From NCBI GenBank assembly GCA_013265495.1, contig MU058844.1, positions 11,058,184 to 11,122,183 of the forward strand: a DNA stretch of 64,000 nt. Direction: 5' to 3'. The notes below the pieces were generated by a model, which did not search any database, had not been told where the DNA came from, and saw only the letters and a program-made list of their open reading frames with translations. Made by a program: the position numbers and the translations under genes. This document shows positions 24,788 through 35,995 of the stretch, one piece after another (positions within the stretch are counted from its first letter, which is position 1; each line of letters opens with the position of its first letter). Source of the DNA: Vicugna vicugna. Lineage: Eukaryota.

Positions 24788-25690
24788 ATGAGCAAGATGA
24801 AGAAGCAGAGAAACCTTTCCCAATTAAAAGAACAAGAGGAATCCCCTGAAAGAAAGCTCAATGAAATAGACATCGATAGCCTACTAGATCAAGATTTCAA
24901 AAAAGGAGTGATCAAATTGCTGAAGGAATTAAAAGAGATAGTGCTTAGAGAAATAAAATATGTCAAAAATGAAATTGAAGCTATAAAGAAGAGCCAAGCA
25001 AAATGGGAAAACTCATTGACAGAGATGAGGAATGATCTAACAGCTGTGCAAAGCCGACTAGTTAATGCAGAGGAACGAATTAGTGATCTAGAAGACAGGG
25101 CAACAGAAAGCACCCATTCAGAAGAACTACAAGATAAGCAAATAAAAAATAATGATAATAGCATAAGGGACCTATGGGATAATATAAAGCGTCCCAATCT
25201 TCGCATAATAGGGGTCCCAGAAGGGGAAGAAGGATCAAAGGGGATTGAAAAGGTTTTTGAAGAAATCATGACTGAAAACTTCCCAAACTTAAAGAAGGAA
25301 TCAGATATACAAGTACAGGAAGCTCAGAGGGTCCCAAACAGGAAGAACCCAAATAGACCCACACCAAGACATATCATAATCAAGATGGCCAGAGTCAAGG
25401 ATAAAGAAATGATTCTAAAGGCAGCAAGAGAAAAGCAAAGAGTGAACTACAAGGGAACCCCCATAAGGCTCTCAGCTGATTTCTCTACACAAACACTACA
25501 GGCCAGAAGGGAGTGGCAAGATATATTCAAAGCCCTGAATGAAAAAAAGATGCAGCCTAGGATACTTTATCCAGCAAGGCTATCCTTTAGGATAGAAGGA
25601 GAAATAAAGAGTTTCACAGACAAAAAAAAGCTGCAGGAGTTTAGCAACACTAAACCCATGCTAAAAGAAATATTGAAAGGGCTATTCTAA
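24788..25690 (+). CDS. L1 ORF1p (RNA-binding/chaperone; coiled coil-RRM-CTD), 300 aa
   Basis: ATG to TAA intact. Motifs RLVNAEERISDLED, LWDNIKRPNLRIIGVPEGEE, ENFPNL, RPTPRHIIIK, ARREW, YPARLSF. Confidence 0.98.
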   Translation: MSKMKKQRNLSQLKEQEESPERKLNEIDIDSLLDQDFKKGVIKLLKELKEIVLREIKYVKNEIEAIKKSQAKWENSLTEMRNDLTAVQSRLVNAEERISDLEDRATESTHSEELQDKQIKNNDNSIRDLWDNIKRPNLRIIGVPEGEEGSKGIEKVFEEIMTENFPNLKKESDIQVQEAQRVPNRKNPNRPTPRHIIIKMARVKDKEMILKAAREKQRVNYKGTPIRLSADFSTQTLQARREWQDIFKALNEKKMQPRILYPARLSFRIEGEIKSFTDKKKLQEFSNTKPMLKEILKGLF

Positions 25691-26087
25691 ATAGAAAAGC
25701 AGCAGGATGCTACAGAAATGAGAAACGTACAACTGGAAAGGTGATAACTCATGAATTACAAATAAAGAAAACACGAAATTATAAAAGAAGACATACAAAT
25801 CACTGAGAGTGGGAGAGGGAGGCAGGGAAATATAGAATTTTTTTTCTTTCTTTTTTAAATTTTTTTAACAGTAGGATGGGTTTGAGATCATGTTATTATC
25901 AGTTTATTAAAAACGGGTATAGGTTAATAGATTTACAAAAAAGGGTAACCACAAGTCAAAAATTTACAAGGGAGTCACAAAAATTAAATAAAATCCATGA
26001 TAATACAAAGGAAAATTACCAAACCACAAAAGGAAGAAGAAAGGAACAAAGAGGATATACCAATTCAACTGCAAAGATAAGTTCAAA

Positions 26088-29000
26088 ATGGCAATAAACA
26101 CACATCTATCATTAATTACTGTAAATGTTAATGGACTAAATGCTCCAGTCAAAAGACATAGAGTGGCAGACTGGATAATAAAGCAAGAACCTTCAATATG
26201 CTGCATACAAGAGACCCACTTTAGGGAGAAGGACACATATAGATTGAGAGTGAAAGGATGGAAAAGGATATTCCATGCAAATGGAAAAGCCAAAAAAGCA
26301 GGTGTTGCAGTACTGATTTCAGACAAAATAGACTTTAAAACAAAGGCCATAAAGAAAGATAAAGAAGGACATTTTATAATGATTAAAGGAGTGATACAAG
26401 ATGAAGATATTACACTCGTTAATATATATGCACCCAATATAGGAGCACCTAAGTACATACAAGAATTACTAACAGAGATAAAGGGGGATATTGATGGGAA
26501 TACAATCATAGTTGGAGATTTTAACACTGCATTAACATCACTAGACAGATCTTCCAGACAGAAAATAAACAAGGCAACAGAGAAATTAAATACTACAATA
26601 GAAAAACTAGATTTGGTGGATATTTTCAGAGCTTTACACCCCCAAAAAATAGAATATACATTCTTTTCAAGTGCACATGGAACATTTTCCAGGATCGATC
26701 ATGTACTTGGACACAAAAGAAACCTCAACAAATTTAAGAAGATAGAAATTATCTCAAGCATCTTTACTGACCACAATGCCATGAAACTGGAAATCAACAA
26801 CAGAGAAACAAAGGAGAAAAAAAGAAAAGCATGGAGATTAAACAATATGTTATTGAAAAAACAATGGATCAATGAGGAAATCAAAGCTGAAATTAAAAAA
26901 TACCTTGAGACAAATGATAATGAAAGCACAACCACTCAAAACCTATGGGACACAGCAAAGGCAGTGCTAAGAGGGAAGTTTATAGCGATACAGGCCTTCC
27001 TCAAAAAAGAAGAACAATCTCAAATAAACAAGTTAACCCACCACCTGAATCAATTAGAAAAAGAAGAACAAAAAGCCCCAAAAAGCAGCAGAAGGAAGGA
27101 AATAATAAAGATCAGAGAGGAATTAAATACAATAGAGATTAACAAGACCATAGAAAAAATCAACCAAACCAAAAGCTGGTTTTTTGAAAAAGTAAATAAA
27201 ATCGACAAACCTCTGGCCAAACTCACAAAGAAGAAAAAAGAGAGAGCACAAATTAGCAAAATAAGAAAGGAAAATGGAGAAATTACAACAAACAAAATAG
27301 AAATACAGAATATCATACGAGAATATTATGAAAAACTATATGGAACCAAACTGGATAACCTAGAGGAGATGGACAAGTTTCTGGAAACATACTGTCCACC
27401 AAAACTGAATCAAGAAGAAACTGAACACTTGAACAATCCGATCACTAGAAAGGAAATAGAAATAGCAATTAAAAACCTCCCTACAAATAAAAGTCCAGGA
27501 CCGGATGGCTTCACCGGGGAATTCTACCAAACATACAAAGAAGAACTCATACCAGTCCTTCTCAAACTCTTCCAGACGATTGAAAAGGAGGGAATACTCC
27601 CAAACTCATTCTATGAAGCCACCATCACCCTGATACCAAAACCAGGCAAAGACACTACAAAAAAAGAGAATTATAGGCCAATATCACTGATGAACATAGA
27701 CGCCAAAATCCTCACCAAAATTTTAGCAAATAGAATCCAACAACACATAAAAAAGATTATACATCATGACCAAGTGGGGTTCATCCCAGGGACACAAGGC
27801 TGGTTCAACATACGCAAATCAATCAATGTAATACATCACATCAACAAGAGAAAGGACAAAAACCACATGATCATCTCAATCGATGCAGAAAAAGCATTTG
27901 ATAAAATTCAACACCCATTTATGATAAAAACTCTCGCCAAAGTGGGTATAGAGGGAACATATCTCAACATAATAAAAGCTATATATGACAAACCTACAGC
28001 CAGCATAGTTCTCAACGGTGAAAAACTCAAAAGCTTCCCACTAAAATCTGGGACAAGACAAGGATGCCCACTATCACCACTCCTATTCAACATAGTCCTG
28101 GAAGTCCTAGCCACAGCAATCAGGCAAGAGAAAGAAATAAAAGGGATCCAAATTGGAAAAGAAGAGGTAAAAGTGTCATTATATGCTGACGACATGTTAC
28201 TATATATAGAAAACCCTAAAAGGTCCACAAAAAAGCTACTAGAGCTGATCGAAGAATTCAGCAAGGTAGCAGGTTACAAAATTAATGTTCAAAAATCAGT
28301 TGCCTTTCTTTACACTAACGATAAATCAACAGAAAAAGAAAGTAAAGAAACAATCCCCTTTAAAATAGCACCCAAAGTAATAAAATATCTGGGAATAAAT
28401 CTAACCAAGGAGGTGAAAGAATTATACACAGAAAACTATAAACCATTGATGAAGGAAATTAAAGAAGACTTTAAAAAATGGAAAGATATTCCATGCTCTT
28501 GGATTGGAAGAATCAATATTGTTAAAATGGTCACACTGCCCAAGGCAATCTACAGATTTAATGCAATCCCTATCCAATTACCCAGGACATATTTCACAGA
28601 ACTAGAACAAATCATAATAAAATTTATATGGAACCATCAAAGACCTAGAATTGCTAAAGCATTACTGAAGAGAAAGAAAGAGGCTGGAGGAATAACTCTC
28701 CCAGACTTCAGACAATACTATAGAGCTACAGTCATCAAGACAGCATGGTATTGGTACCAAAACAGACATATAGACCAATGGAACAGAATAGAGAGCCCAG
28801 AAATGAACCCACAAACTTTTGGTCAACTCATCTTCGACAAAGGAGGCAAGAATATACAATGGAATAAAGACAGTCTCTTCAGCAAATGGTGTTGGGAAAA
28901 CTGGACAGCAGCATGTAAAACAATGAAGCTAGAACACACCCTTACACCATATACAAAAATCAACTCAAAATGGATTAAAGACTTAAACATAAGACAAGAT

Positions 29001-29885
29001 ACAATAAACCTCCTAGAGGAAAACATAGGCAAAACATTATCTGACATACATTTCAAAAATTTTCTCCTAGAAGAAATAAAAGCAAGAATAAACAAATGGG
29101 ACCTAATGAAACTTACAAGCTTCTGCAGAGCAAAGGAAACCAGAAATAAAACAAGAAGAAAACCTACGGAATGGGAGAAAATTTTTGCAAGTGAAACCGA
29201 CAAAGGCTTGATCTCCAAAATATATAAGCAGCTCATACGACTCAATAAGAAAAAAATAAACAACCCAATCCAAAAATGGGCAGAAGACCTAAACAAGCAA
29301 TTCTCCAAGGAAGACATACAAATGATCAAAAAGCACATGAAAAAATGTTCAATATCACTAATTATCAGAGAAATGCAAATCAAAACTACAATGAGGTATC
29401 ACCTCACACCAGTCAGAATGGCCGTCATTCAAAAATCCAAAAATGACAAATGCTGGAGAGGCTGTGGAGAAAGGGGAACCCTCCTACACTGCTGGTGGGA
29501 ATGCAGTTTGGTGCAGCCACTATGGAAAACAGTGTGGAGATTCCTCAAAAGACTAGGAATAGACTTACCATATGACCCAGGAATCCCACTCCTGGGCTTG
29601 TACCCAGAAGGAAATCTACTTCAGGATGACACCTGCACCCCAATGTTCATAGCAGCACTATTTACAATAGCCAAAACATGGAAACAGCCTAAATGTCCAT
29701 CAACAGGTGACTGGATAAAGAAGATGTGGTATATTTATACAATGGAATACTACTCAGCCATAAAAACCGACAACATAATGCCATTTGCAGCAACATGGAT
29801 GCTCCTAGAGAATGTCATTCTAAGTGAAGTAAGCCAGAAAGAGAAAGAAAAATACCATATGAGATCGCTCATATGTGGAATCTAA
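26088..29885 (+). CDS. L1 ORF2p (APE endonuclease, reverse transcriptase, C-terminal CCHC), 1265 aa
   Basis: EN motifs NVNGLN, QETH, NIYAPN, GDFN, SRIDH, TDHN; RT motifs [30 protein letters not shown]; zinc knuckle [18 protein letters not shown]. No internal stop. Confidence 0.99.
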   Translation: MAINTHLSLITVNVNGLNAPVKRHRVADWIIKQEPSICCIQETHFREKDTYRLRVKGWKRIFHANGKAKKAGVAVLISDKIDFKTKAIKKDKEGHFIMIKGVIQDEDITLVNIYAPNIGAPKYIQELLTEIKGDIDGNTIIVGDFNTALTSLDRSSRQKINKATEKLNTTIEKLDLVDIFRALHPQKIEYTFFSSAHGTFSRIDHVLGHKRNLNKFKKIEIISSIFTDHNAMKLEINNRETKEKKRKAWRLNNMLLKKQWINEEIKAEIKKYLETNDNESTTTQNLWDTAKAVLRGKFIAIQAFLKKEEQSQINKLTHHLNQLEKEEQKAPKSSRRKEIIKIREELNTIEINKTIEKINQTKSWFFEKVNKIDKPLAKLTKKKKERAQISKIRKENGEITTNKIEIQNIIREYYEKLYGTKLDNLEEMDKFLETYCPPKLNQEETEHLNNPITRKEIEIAIKNLPTNKSPGPDGFTGEFYQTYKEELIPVLLKLFQTIEKEGILPNSFYEATITLIPKPGKDTTKKENYRPISLMNIDAKILTKILANRIQQHIKKIIHHDQVGFIPGTQGWFNIRKSINVIHHINKRKDKNHMIISIDAEKAFDKIQHPFMIKTLAKVGIEGTYLNIIKAIYDKPTASIVLNGEKLKSFPLKSGTRQGCPLSPLLFNIVLEVLATAIRQEKEIKGIQIGKEEVKVSLYADDMLLYIENPKRSTKKLLELIEEFSKVAGYKINVQKSVAFLYTNDKSTEKESKETIPFKIAPKVIKYLGINLTKEVKELYTENYKPLMKEIKEDFKKWKDIPCSWIGRINIVKMVTLPKAIYRFNAIPIQLPRTYFTELEQIIIKFIWNHQRPRIAKALLKRKKEAGGITLPDFRQYYRATVIKTAWYWYQNRHIDQWNRIESPEMNPQTFGQLIFDKGGKNIQWNKDSLFSKWCWENWTAACKTMKLEHTLTPYTKINSKWIKDLNIRQDTINLLEENIGKTLSDIHFKNFLLEEIKARINKWDLMKLTSFCRAKETRNKTRRKPTEWEKIFASETDKGLISKIYKQLIRLNKKKINNPIQKWAEDLNKQFSKEDIQMIKKHMKKCSISLIIREMQIKTTMRYHLTPVRMAVIQKSKNDKCWRGCGERGTLLHCWWECSLVQPLWKTVWRFLKRLGIDLPYDPGIPLLGLYPEGNLLQDDTCTPMFIAALFTIAKTWKQPKCPSTGDWIKKMWYIYTMEYYSAIKTDNIMPFAATWMLLENVILSEVSQKEKEKYHMRSLICGI

Positions 29886-29975
29886 AAAACAAAAACAAAC
29901 AAACAAACAAAAACAAAGCATAAATACAGGACAGAAATAGACTCATGGACAGAGAATACAGACTTGTGGTTACCA

Positions 29976-29997
29976 GGGGGGTAGAGGGTGGGAAGGG
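29976..29997 (+). other. G-quadruplex-forming tract in the L1 3'UTR
   Basis: GGGGGG-taga-GGG-t-GGG-aa-GGG; a G-rich polypurine tract is a known feature of mammalian L1 3'UTRs. Confidence 0.7.
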
Positions 29998-31189
29998 ATA
30001 GACTGGGATTTCAAAATTGTAGAATAGATAAACAAGATTACACTGTATAGCACAGGGAAATATACACAAAATGTTATGATAAATCACAGAGAAAAAAATG
30101 TGACAATGAGTGTGTATATGTCCATGAATGACTGAAAAATTGTGCTGAACACTGGAATTTGACACAACACTGTAAAATGATTATGAATGAATCAAAAAAT
30201 GTAAAAAAAATATTATTTGCCATAAAAGGGAATCCATGACAAAGAAAATCTATAAATGTTCCTGTGTTCAGCACTGTTAAAAATCATATGTAAAATTATC
30301 TCAACTATGTTAAAGTACAAATCTGCACAGGAGGAGAGGAGTATTCTTTTAAGGATCTATTTGTTACAGTGGCAAACCTACTATAACTAATATAATGTGA
30401 TGTTAGTATACTTCATGTATAAGGAACTTTTCAAATTTATAAGTCACCTATTGGAAACTACTTTGAAAAAGATAAAAGACCTGCAAAGACATTTTCTAAA
30501 ACATCAAGTTACTTTATGAAATCATGTTCAATCTTACTGGAAGAAAATTCAAATTTACACAAAAATTGAGATGCAATATTTAGCCCAACAAAAAGGACAT
30601 ATACCATCTATTGATAGAGGACATTACATTTCCGGAGAGTATTTTGATAACACGCATCAAAAACTTTCAATGTTCATAATTTTAAGCCAATAATTCTACT
30701 TATATAAATGTATCTTAGGCATTACATTCAGCAACGTGGATATTTGTAGACATTTCCACAAGGGTGCAACATAAAACATCACTTAAAACAAGTGCTTTGG
30801 GTCTGGATAAGCTTGTTACTAGACTATAGATGGATATAACTCCCACCCAGATTTCCAAAGAAATCCCCACAAAGAAGGAAAAAGTGGAGGAGAAAATGAA
30901 TTAGTTTTTCGAAGCTCTGATGAATCTAAGTTAGTTAGTATGCCGCAGACTGAGCTTTTTATAAGTAAAAGCACAAATGGTGCAGAAGCAACAGGGAACA
31001 CACTCACAACGTGATTAGCACTGCAGATTTGAAGCAGGGAACTCTTTTTCCGAGACCAGCTCATACAAGGTTTAAGGAATTTAAACTCGCATATAATGCA
31101 GCTCTCAGAATGAGAAACAAAATAGATGGATTAGAAGCAGTGATCAAATAAACGTAAGAAGAAGACACTGTTAACCGGAAACAAGTTCT

Positions 31190-31470
31190 TCAACTTCTTT
31201 CTAAAGCAATTTTAACTAAGAAAAAGAGACCTAATCCTAGACCAAGTCTGATACTAAGAAGGATGCAGGACAAACAAAACTCTACAAATACCCTTGGAAT
31301 CCAAATCAGAATTTTAGCAGACATCTGTGCAACACTGAGTATAAGGATAAGTTTTAAAGTAAAAAAGACTGAGCATTCAGCAAACACTTGCCCAACCAAA
31401 TGCTCATTCCTCTTCAAAGATGATGCCAAGCCATTCTCAGATAGTAAGAGGTCAATATACTTTCTCTAAA
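31190..31470 (+). mobile_element. Ancient L1-ORF1 / HAL1-like relic
   Basis: ORF 31263-31469 reads GIQIRILADICATL...FKV...CPTKCSF...KPFSD, paralleling ORF1 GTPIRLSADFS...IFK...YPARLSF...KSFTD of the intact element in this window; 'agacctaatcctaga' (RPNPR) lies just upstream. Confidence 0.6.
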
Positions 31471-32229
31471 ACTTCAATCAGAGATAGTTGAACTGACTGA
31501 GAGATGAATGGCATTAAGAATGAAAGAACAAAAAGATTGGGATTTTAAAAGGATTTAAATTGAGACAGAAGAAAAGAATTCCATTTAAAAATTCCTACAG
31601 TTAAAAAAAGTAATATAAACATTAACATTGTCTTTAGTAGAAAAGTAAATAATTTTTAAAACTATGAATGTAATGTACTTCTCAGATGATGTCAACAAAA
31701 ATAGACTAAATATATGCAGAAAGACCAAATCTGTAATGTATGGAAATAAATGGATGTAGATTTTTAAAATACGTAAGTATATTAAAGCCTTACCAGTTCA
31801 CTGAACAAAACTAAATTGTAGGAATGCAATTGTTAAAGTAAACGTTTTCATACTCTGCTCCTGAATATCATCAAGATTTCACAGATTTTTAGTTGCTCTC
31901 AGATATTGACAAAAGGCCTTATTTTGTAATTTATGAAGTCCACTTTGATCTAAAGCAAAAGATGACTTCTTTCCTTTCAAACCTTCTCTTCCTCCCTCAC
32001 TGACCCAACCTACCGAGTGGAAAGGGGATAAGCCCCAAGTTCTGCCTCTTCCCCTCCAATGCTGGGCCAGCCTCAGCAGGAGTTAAGAATTCTCAAGCGT
32101 GCACAACCTTAAGTGACAGATGCTACTGGAGTCCAGCCATCTAGAACCATGTTGGTGCCCATTATTTAATACTACTATTTGCTTTTCCTGCCCGGGAAGT
32201 GCTTTTGCAGGCTCTTTGGAGATGCCTGT

Positions 32230-33032
32230 TGTAACCGAGCAGGACTGTATTGTTATCATTGGTGACCATTTGAGATCTCTAATGGTGTTTGTAACTGCCT
32301 AACTGTATTATGGTTTAAAGGGTTTTTCTCAGACTCTTACTGACCAAGGTTGGGCTGGAGAGGAGGCAGGCTTGGGAGGTCTGCCCAACCCCCTCATGGT
32401 GCTGTGTGAGGGGATTATGCTCAGTGGCCTGCTCTTGTCCCCAGCGCCCTGCTTTTGAGCCAACACCTCAGAAACGGCAGTTGGGTGTTTTATCTTGCTG
32501 TTCATAACTTGCCCCAACTGTGCATGCCTGCAGTTGTTTTTGACCCCTTGTGGTTCCCTTGTTTCCTATTGTTTGAGCTCCAGGCCTCAGGCTGCTTAAA
32601 GGCTAAAAGTATTTATCAGCCTGACTTCAAATTGCTCAAGTTTTTCTCTAGAGCTCTTTTACATGGAGCCCCTTCCTAACCCTTTGCTCTAGGTACAAGA
32701 ATATTAAGAGAGTCCCAAAGCCGGAAGTGAAATTCATACCCAGCAGAGGGAAGAGAAACCCTGCAACTGCAAAAACAAGAACAACCTCTACAACAGTTTG
32801 TCACCCTGTGTATGATCTCCATGGAAACTAGTTCCACCCCTTGAATTCTTGAACTTTTCCTATAAAAGCCACTGCCTTCTCTCCCCAGCAGGCTAACAGT
32901 CTTAGAGGCACTAGTCCACTGTGACTGCCTTTGCCTGGCAAAGAAACACTGCTGCCTTTTCTACTTAATCCAAAACTCTTGTCCTCGAGTCTCAGTTCAG
33001 TAAACGGGGTACAGAGCCATGTTCTGGCCACA
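32230..33032 (+). mobile_element. Solo LTR, ERV1 (gammaretrovirus-like) class, 803 bp
   Basis: Begins TGTAAC and ends CCACA (TG...CA); flanked by 4-bp TSD CTGT (32226-32229, 33033-33036); TATAAAA at 32861-32867; degenerate poly(A)-signal candidates AAGAAA (32941) and AGTAAA (32999). Confidence 0.88.
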
Positions 33033-33649
33033 CTGTCACTGTGTGGCTCTCTCACCTGCAGCACCCTGATGTGGGCAGTGCTGCCTCTGATGACGAGTTC
33101 TGGCTTTCCCACTGTCCTGCCTTCAGGAGGACCTCACCACGTACATGCAGTCAGAGGCTGTCCTTTCCCATCAAGGTGTCACCTGGCTATATCATCCTCA
33201 GAATACTCCACAGGAAAACCCACAGCCCAACTCTGAACCTCACTCTTATTTCCAGCACATCTCTCTCACTTCTGTCACACCAGCCCCTTCAGCCAGACTC
33301 TGGTCTTCAGGTATTTTTCAGGCTTGATACAGGTACCAGTGCAGCCTTTCCAATTCCAGGCCGCTTGGCACTCTTTCTGAACATGCTTTTGTAAAGCCTT
33401 CTTTTTCGGCTGGGAGGGAGTGACAGGTCTGTGCCAATGGAGAGGGAGGAAGAAACCAGTGCTCCAGAGAATTCCTTATTCTCTTCATAGAAATCACGCT
33501 CTCTAAGGTAGCTTCTGCTCATCTAACCAGTTTTGGACACTCTTATGTATGTCCTGCATGAAGGTTCCATACCTAGAATGACAGGTTACTCTGTAGTGAC
33601 TGCTGTCAGATTTGAGGCCAGACTTCCTAACAGAACAGTCTTTAATATT

Positions 33650-33950
33650 CTCTTACACACTCAACTTACTCTGCAGATCCAAAGGCCTTCGTGATCTGGT
33701 TTGTGCCTACCATCTAACCTCATTCCCATTGCTCCATGCAATCCAGCTACAATGACTTTCTTTCAATTTCTAAATCGTATGCACCTGCTCTTTCCTCTCC
33801 CCAGAACACTATTCTCTTTCATCTTTGCATGACTGGATCTTTAGTCAGATATTAGCAACTTTCCCTGCTCCCTTACATAGAATATCTCATATCCCCTTTC
33901 TCTCATTCACTTGCTTTACTGTCTTCATAACCCTTACTAGCATCTAAAAT
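33650..33950 (+). mobile_element. L2 fragment
   Basis: 'aaggccttcgtgatctggtttgtgcctac...ccagctacaatgactttctttcaatttct' is typical L2 3' region. Confidence 0.6.
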
Positions 33951-35902
33951 CGGATTTACCTCTCCCCACATGAAGTTAAACTACAGGGAAGTGAGAACCT
34001 CAGATGTATTTCACACCACTCTACCCACCAGAGATTAGAAAGCTGTCTGCACCAGGCTACATATGAAAAAATATTGACTGGACAGAATAAACACTTACAA
34101 CAGAACAAATAATATTTAGGATATAAAACAATGGTGTATTTTCTATGAGAGACAATCAAAAAAGAGAAGAGAAAGAAGAAAGAAAAAGAGAAAGAGAAAG
34201 AAGTAAAAAAAAAAAAAAGTATAGGTAAAATTTTACCAGTCAAGTTTTACAAATACTAAGAGTTGACAACTTACACTGAATAGGTATACTAATAAAAGGA
34301 CAAGCCAAAATTAATACATGGCTTCCACCATCTTTTAGTGTCAAATATCAGAGCATCAAAGATGGTATCGTGAGAATATAAAATAAGTTAAGTGAGAGCA
34401 GGAACTTTTAGATTTGTCTTTTTGTAGTAACTAATATATCTACAGTACCTAGAAGAATGCTTGGAATATGATGGATGTTCAGTAAGTATTTGTTGAATGA
34501 ATGACTCAATCTAGAGCAAAAACTTATTACAAATTTGATAAAAATTGAAAAAAAAGTGACTGGAGTTGGTTGTTCAAAATGCCATTCAAGCAACTAGCAA
34601 GTTAGACACACTGATGGAAGTTTAACATAATGCAATTAGCATGATAATATTCCTTTGCTGGTACCTCTAATTCTTTCATCCTTCTCTTTTTGAATATATT
34701 TACCTGGAACAACCACAACCAGGAAGCATTTTCATATGCTTTTTTGAGTAAACATTGTAAGAATATTACATAATCAGTAAATTATAAATATAACAAACTG
34801 ACTCAAATTAAATGTTTTACTTTCCAAGGAAAGAATGTACATTCTTGCCAGTATTTACACACTTTATTATATACCAAGCTACACCTACTGAATACTTCAG
34901 TGAGCTCCTTTAAAGTCAGGTTTACGAGTATAATCTCCAATTTCACTGTAACAAACTGGATATTAACAAAAAAAAAGTTTAGGAAATCTTCATCCACTAT
35001 TAAATTAAGGGGAAAAAGTCTCTATCATTTCAAGGAAAAATCAAAGAATTTGAAAAAACTGCAAATAAAAACATTTTATTAAGTTGGCAGTTTTCTAGGA
35101 AACATAAATGACCAAAATTCAGTAAGAAACAAAATTTACCAATAATAGAATAAATAAAAATGTATTAAAGAATTATAGTCAGAGCAGGAACTGTCCACAG
35201 CTTATAAAATGAATAACTTTTAAGATCATTTTAAATGAAAAGTTCACACAGTATTCCAGAAAATAGAAAGAGTTGTTTCCCTGTTAATTTTATACATTTT
35301 GCTTACCACTGATAGAGAAATCTATCAAAGAAGCCAAAATCTCTCTCTCTCTTTAGAGTTATCCAATACCAAATACCCTGCAGCACAGTAGAAATAAAAT
35401 CCTTGACAAAGTAGGATTATTTATCATACGTTCAAATATTGTTTATGTTTTATGAGCTATATTCTTAGAAATCATCCCATCAATGAGTTGGTGCAGCAAT
35501 CACATTTATTTAATCCAACCAGGAAAAATACCAACTCTAGTATCAAATTGTAACTCCTGACTTTCCCCCGTGTGTTTTGTGTAGTTGCTTTATCATGACA
35601 TAAACTGCTTTGTATCTGTTTTGATAAATATTTCATCGAGTTTCTAGAATTATGAGCACGAGATCATTTGAAGCACATTTTTAAAATAGAGCTGCATATA
35701 AAAAGGGTGGTGGAAAAACTTCCTTTGTTTCCAAAATTCTCCATTTCCTTCTTTACCAGATCTCTTTATGATTTATCTAAATTGGGTTGTCATTTAAAGT
35801 TTTCCCCATAAATTAAACGAACTCATACTCACGTGTGATCAACAGTAAAATAAAGGACATGTGTGGACAAATAAAATAATGAAAATCAATATTCACTATT
35901 AC

Positions 35903-35995
35903 CTTTCCGATGTAAGATTATCCATTTTGGGATCATGACCAAAAAATATGGGAGTCAGACGTCTTAAAACTCTTCTTGCTCTACCAAGATGGTGC
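35903..35995 (-). other. Candidate 93-nt spliced exon of an unidentified transcript
   Basis: Minus strand: pyrimidine-rich 'tttttattttcatttcttctaaacttaaaag|GCACC' acceptor and 'GAAAG|gtaata' donor; one open frame HHLGRARRVLRRLTPIFFGHDPKMDNLTSE; no repeat recognised here. Protein not recognised. Confidence 0.3.

Larger units (their letters stand above)
23031..30204 (+). mobile_element. Full-length young LINE-1 retrotransposon with both ORFs intact
   Basis: Perfect 16-bp TSD aaaaaatattatttgc at 23015-23030 and 30205-30220; CpG-rich 5'UTR; uninterrupted ORF1 and ORF2; 3'UTR with G-rich tract; A-rich end. Confidence 0.99.

Noticed and set aside
24889..29383. Hydrophobic antisense ORFs inside L1 ORF1/ORF2 (e.g. 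25964-26572, 28823-29383)
   Set aside because: Expected by-product of the A-rich L1 sense strand; they mimic membrane proteins but are not genes.
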